Shown piece after piece: positions 63,180-64,000 of a stretch of 64,000 nucleotides of DNA. A program made the position numbers and the translations under genes. The DNA is taken from assembly GCF_023055435.1 (NCBI RefSeq), contig NW_025964223.1:44144001-44208000 (forward strand), given 5' to 3'. The notes under the pieces are model-generated. The model saw only the letters and a program-made list of their open reading frames with translations. It was not told the DNA's origin and did no database searches. Every line of letters begins with the position of its first letter. Within the stretch, counting starts at the first letter, position 1. The stretch comes from Haliotis rufescens (Eukaryota).

Positions 63180-64000
63180 CTACTCGAAGCGCCTGACCTA
63201 ATTCGGCTAACGTGGCGATAGACCTTTAACGTGGGCGTACTCGTCTCCAGATCATGTCCAAGATGTGTTCTGTATGGGGGAAAGGTCATGTCTCATGGCT
63301 GGTCATTGCATGGTGATGTTTTGCGGCTGGAGGTAGCCAGTTACGATACGTGCCCGTTGGGCAAGAGCGTTATCGTCTTGTAAGACAAAATGTGGACCAG
63401 TATAGAGGGCAAACGGCACAACTTTTGGTGCACGTATGTTGTCTCGGTTGTACTGTCCAGGGACCCGTCCTGGGACAATATGTAATGGCGTCCTGACATA
63501 TCATGGAAGACAAAGAAACAAAAAAACAAATCTTTTACGTTCGCATGATGTTCGTTCGTCCACGTCTATCCTGAAGGTCCGGAGTGAATCTGGACTTATC
63601 TGAAAGCATTACACGAGACATTACATTGATTGAACTCTAAATTCATTGGCGTATGGTTGGACTGTGTCGATTTGTTAATGCAGGTACAAGCGGTCGCGGA
63701 ATAAGCAATTAAGCAGACGATTTCTAACTCTTGTGGTCTGGTGCAAGTAAATTTGATTGAGTGTTTCGGGTCAATTGTTTAACGATCATGGACTTGTGTT
63801 GTTGACCAAGGGCCCATGTGCAGGGCCGAGCATTGACATTTTGTCTGCCAAAACCTGTTCCAAAGTCATCAAATCACAGACTAAGACACATTGAAAACAT
63901 GTGGCTTCCTCTCGCTGAGTTCTACCAGTTTCAGTAGCACCCAGGCGTCCATCACGTTGTAGACGACGCATGTGCATTCCCAATCTGATCACAAATACTG
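63180..64000 (-). mobile_element. Decayed Tc1-like transposase relic running off the window end
   Basis: Minus-strand fragments VMLSDKSRF, FVLQDDNA..RARIV, PAM..DLSPI. Confidence 0.6.

Overview
AT-rich, repeat-dense eukaryotic DNA, inferred from its SINE/LINE/DIRS content to be a marine invertebrate, most likely a mollusc (abalone-like; not provable here). The main content is missed by the ORF track because it is spliced: a tandem + strand family of 5-exon genes, with four intact copies (ATG at 12047, 23650, 38221, 46368) and two decayed remnants (about 51.5-52.8 kb and 60.3-60.5 kb). Each intact copy encodes a 114-117 aa secreted precursor: signal peptide, a 28-31 aa poly-Arg/amphipathic cationic peptide (+11 to +13), a G-K-R amidation/cleavage site, and a strongly acidic 64 aa domain with two EF-hand loops. 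This looks like an antimicrobial (or toxin-like) peptide family with a calcium-binding pro-domain; I cannot assign it to a named family. Copies 3 and 4 lie in a recent tandem duplication with about 8.15 kb period, and several donors are non-canonical GC. Between the genes are a structurally complete but mutated DIRS1-type tyrosine-recombinase retrotransposon (28.0-34.3 kb), several LINE relics, Tc1/mariner relics, MITEs, at least four SINE-like families, a 73-bp minisatellite and a minimal hammerhead ribozyme motif of the Penelope type.
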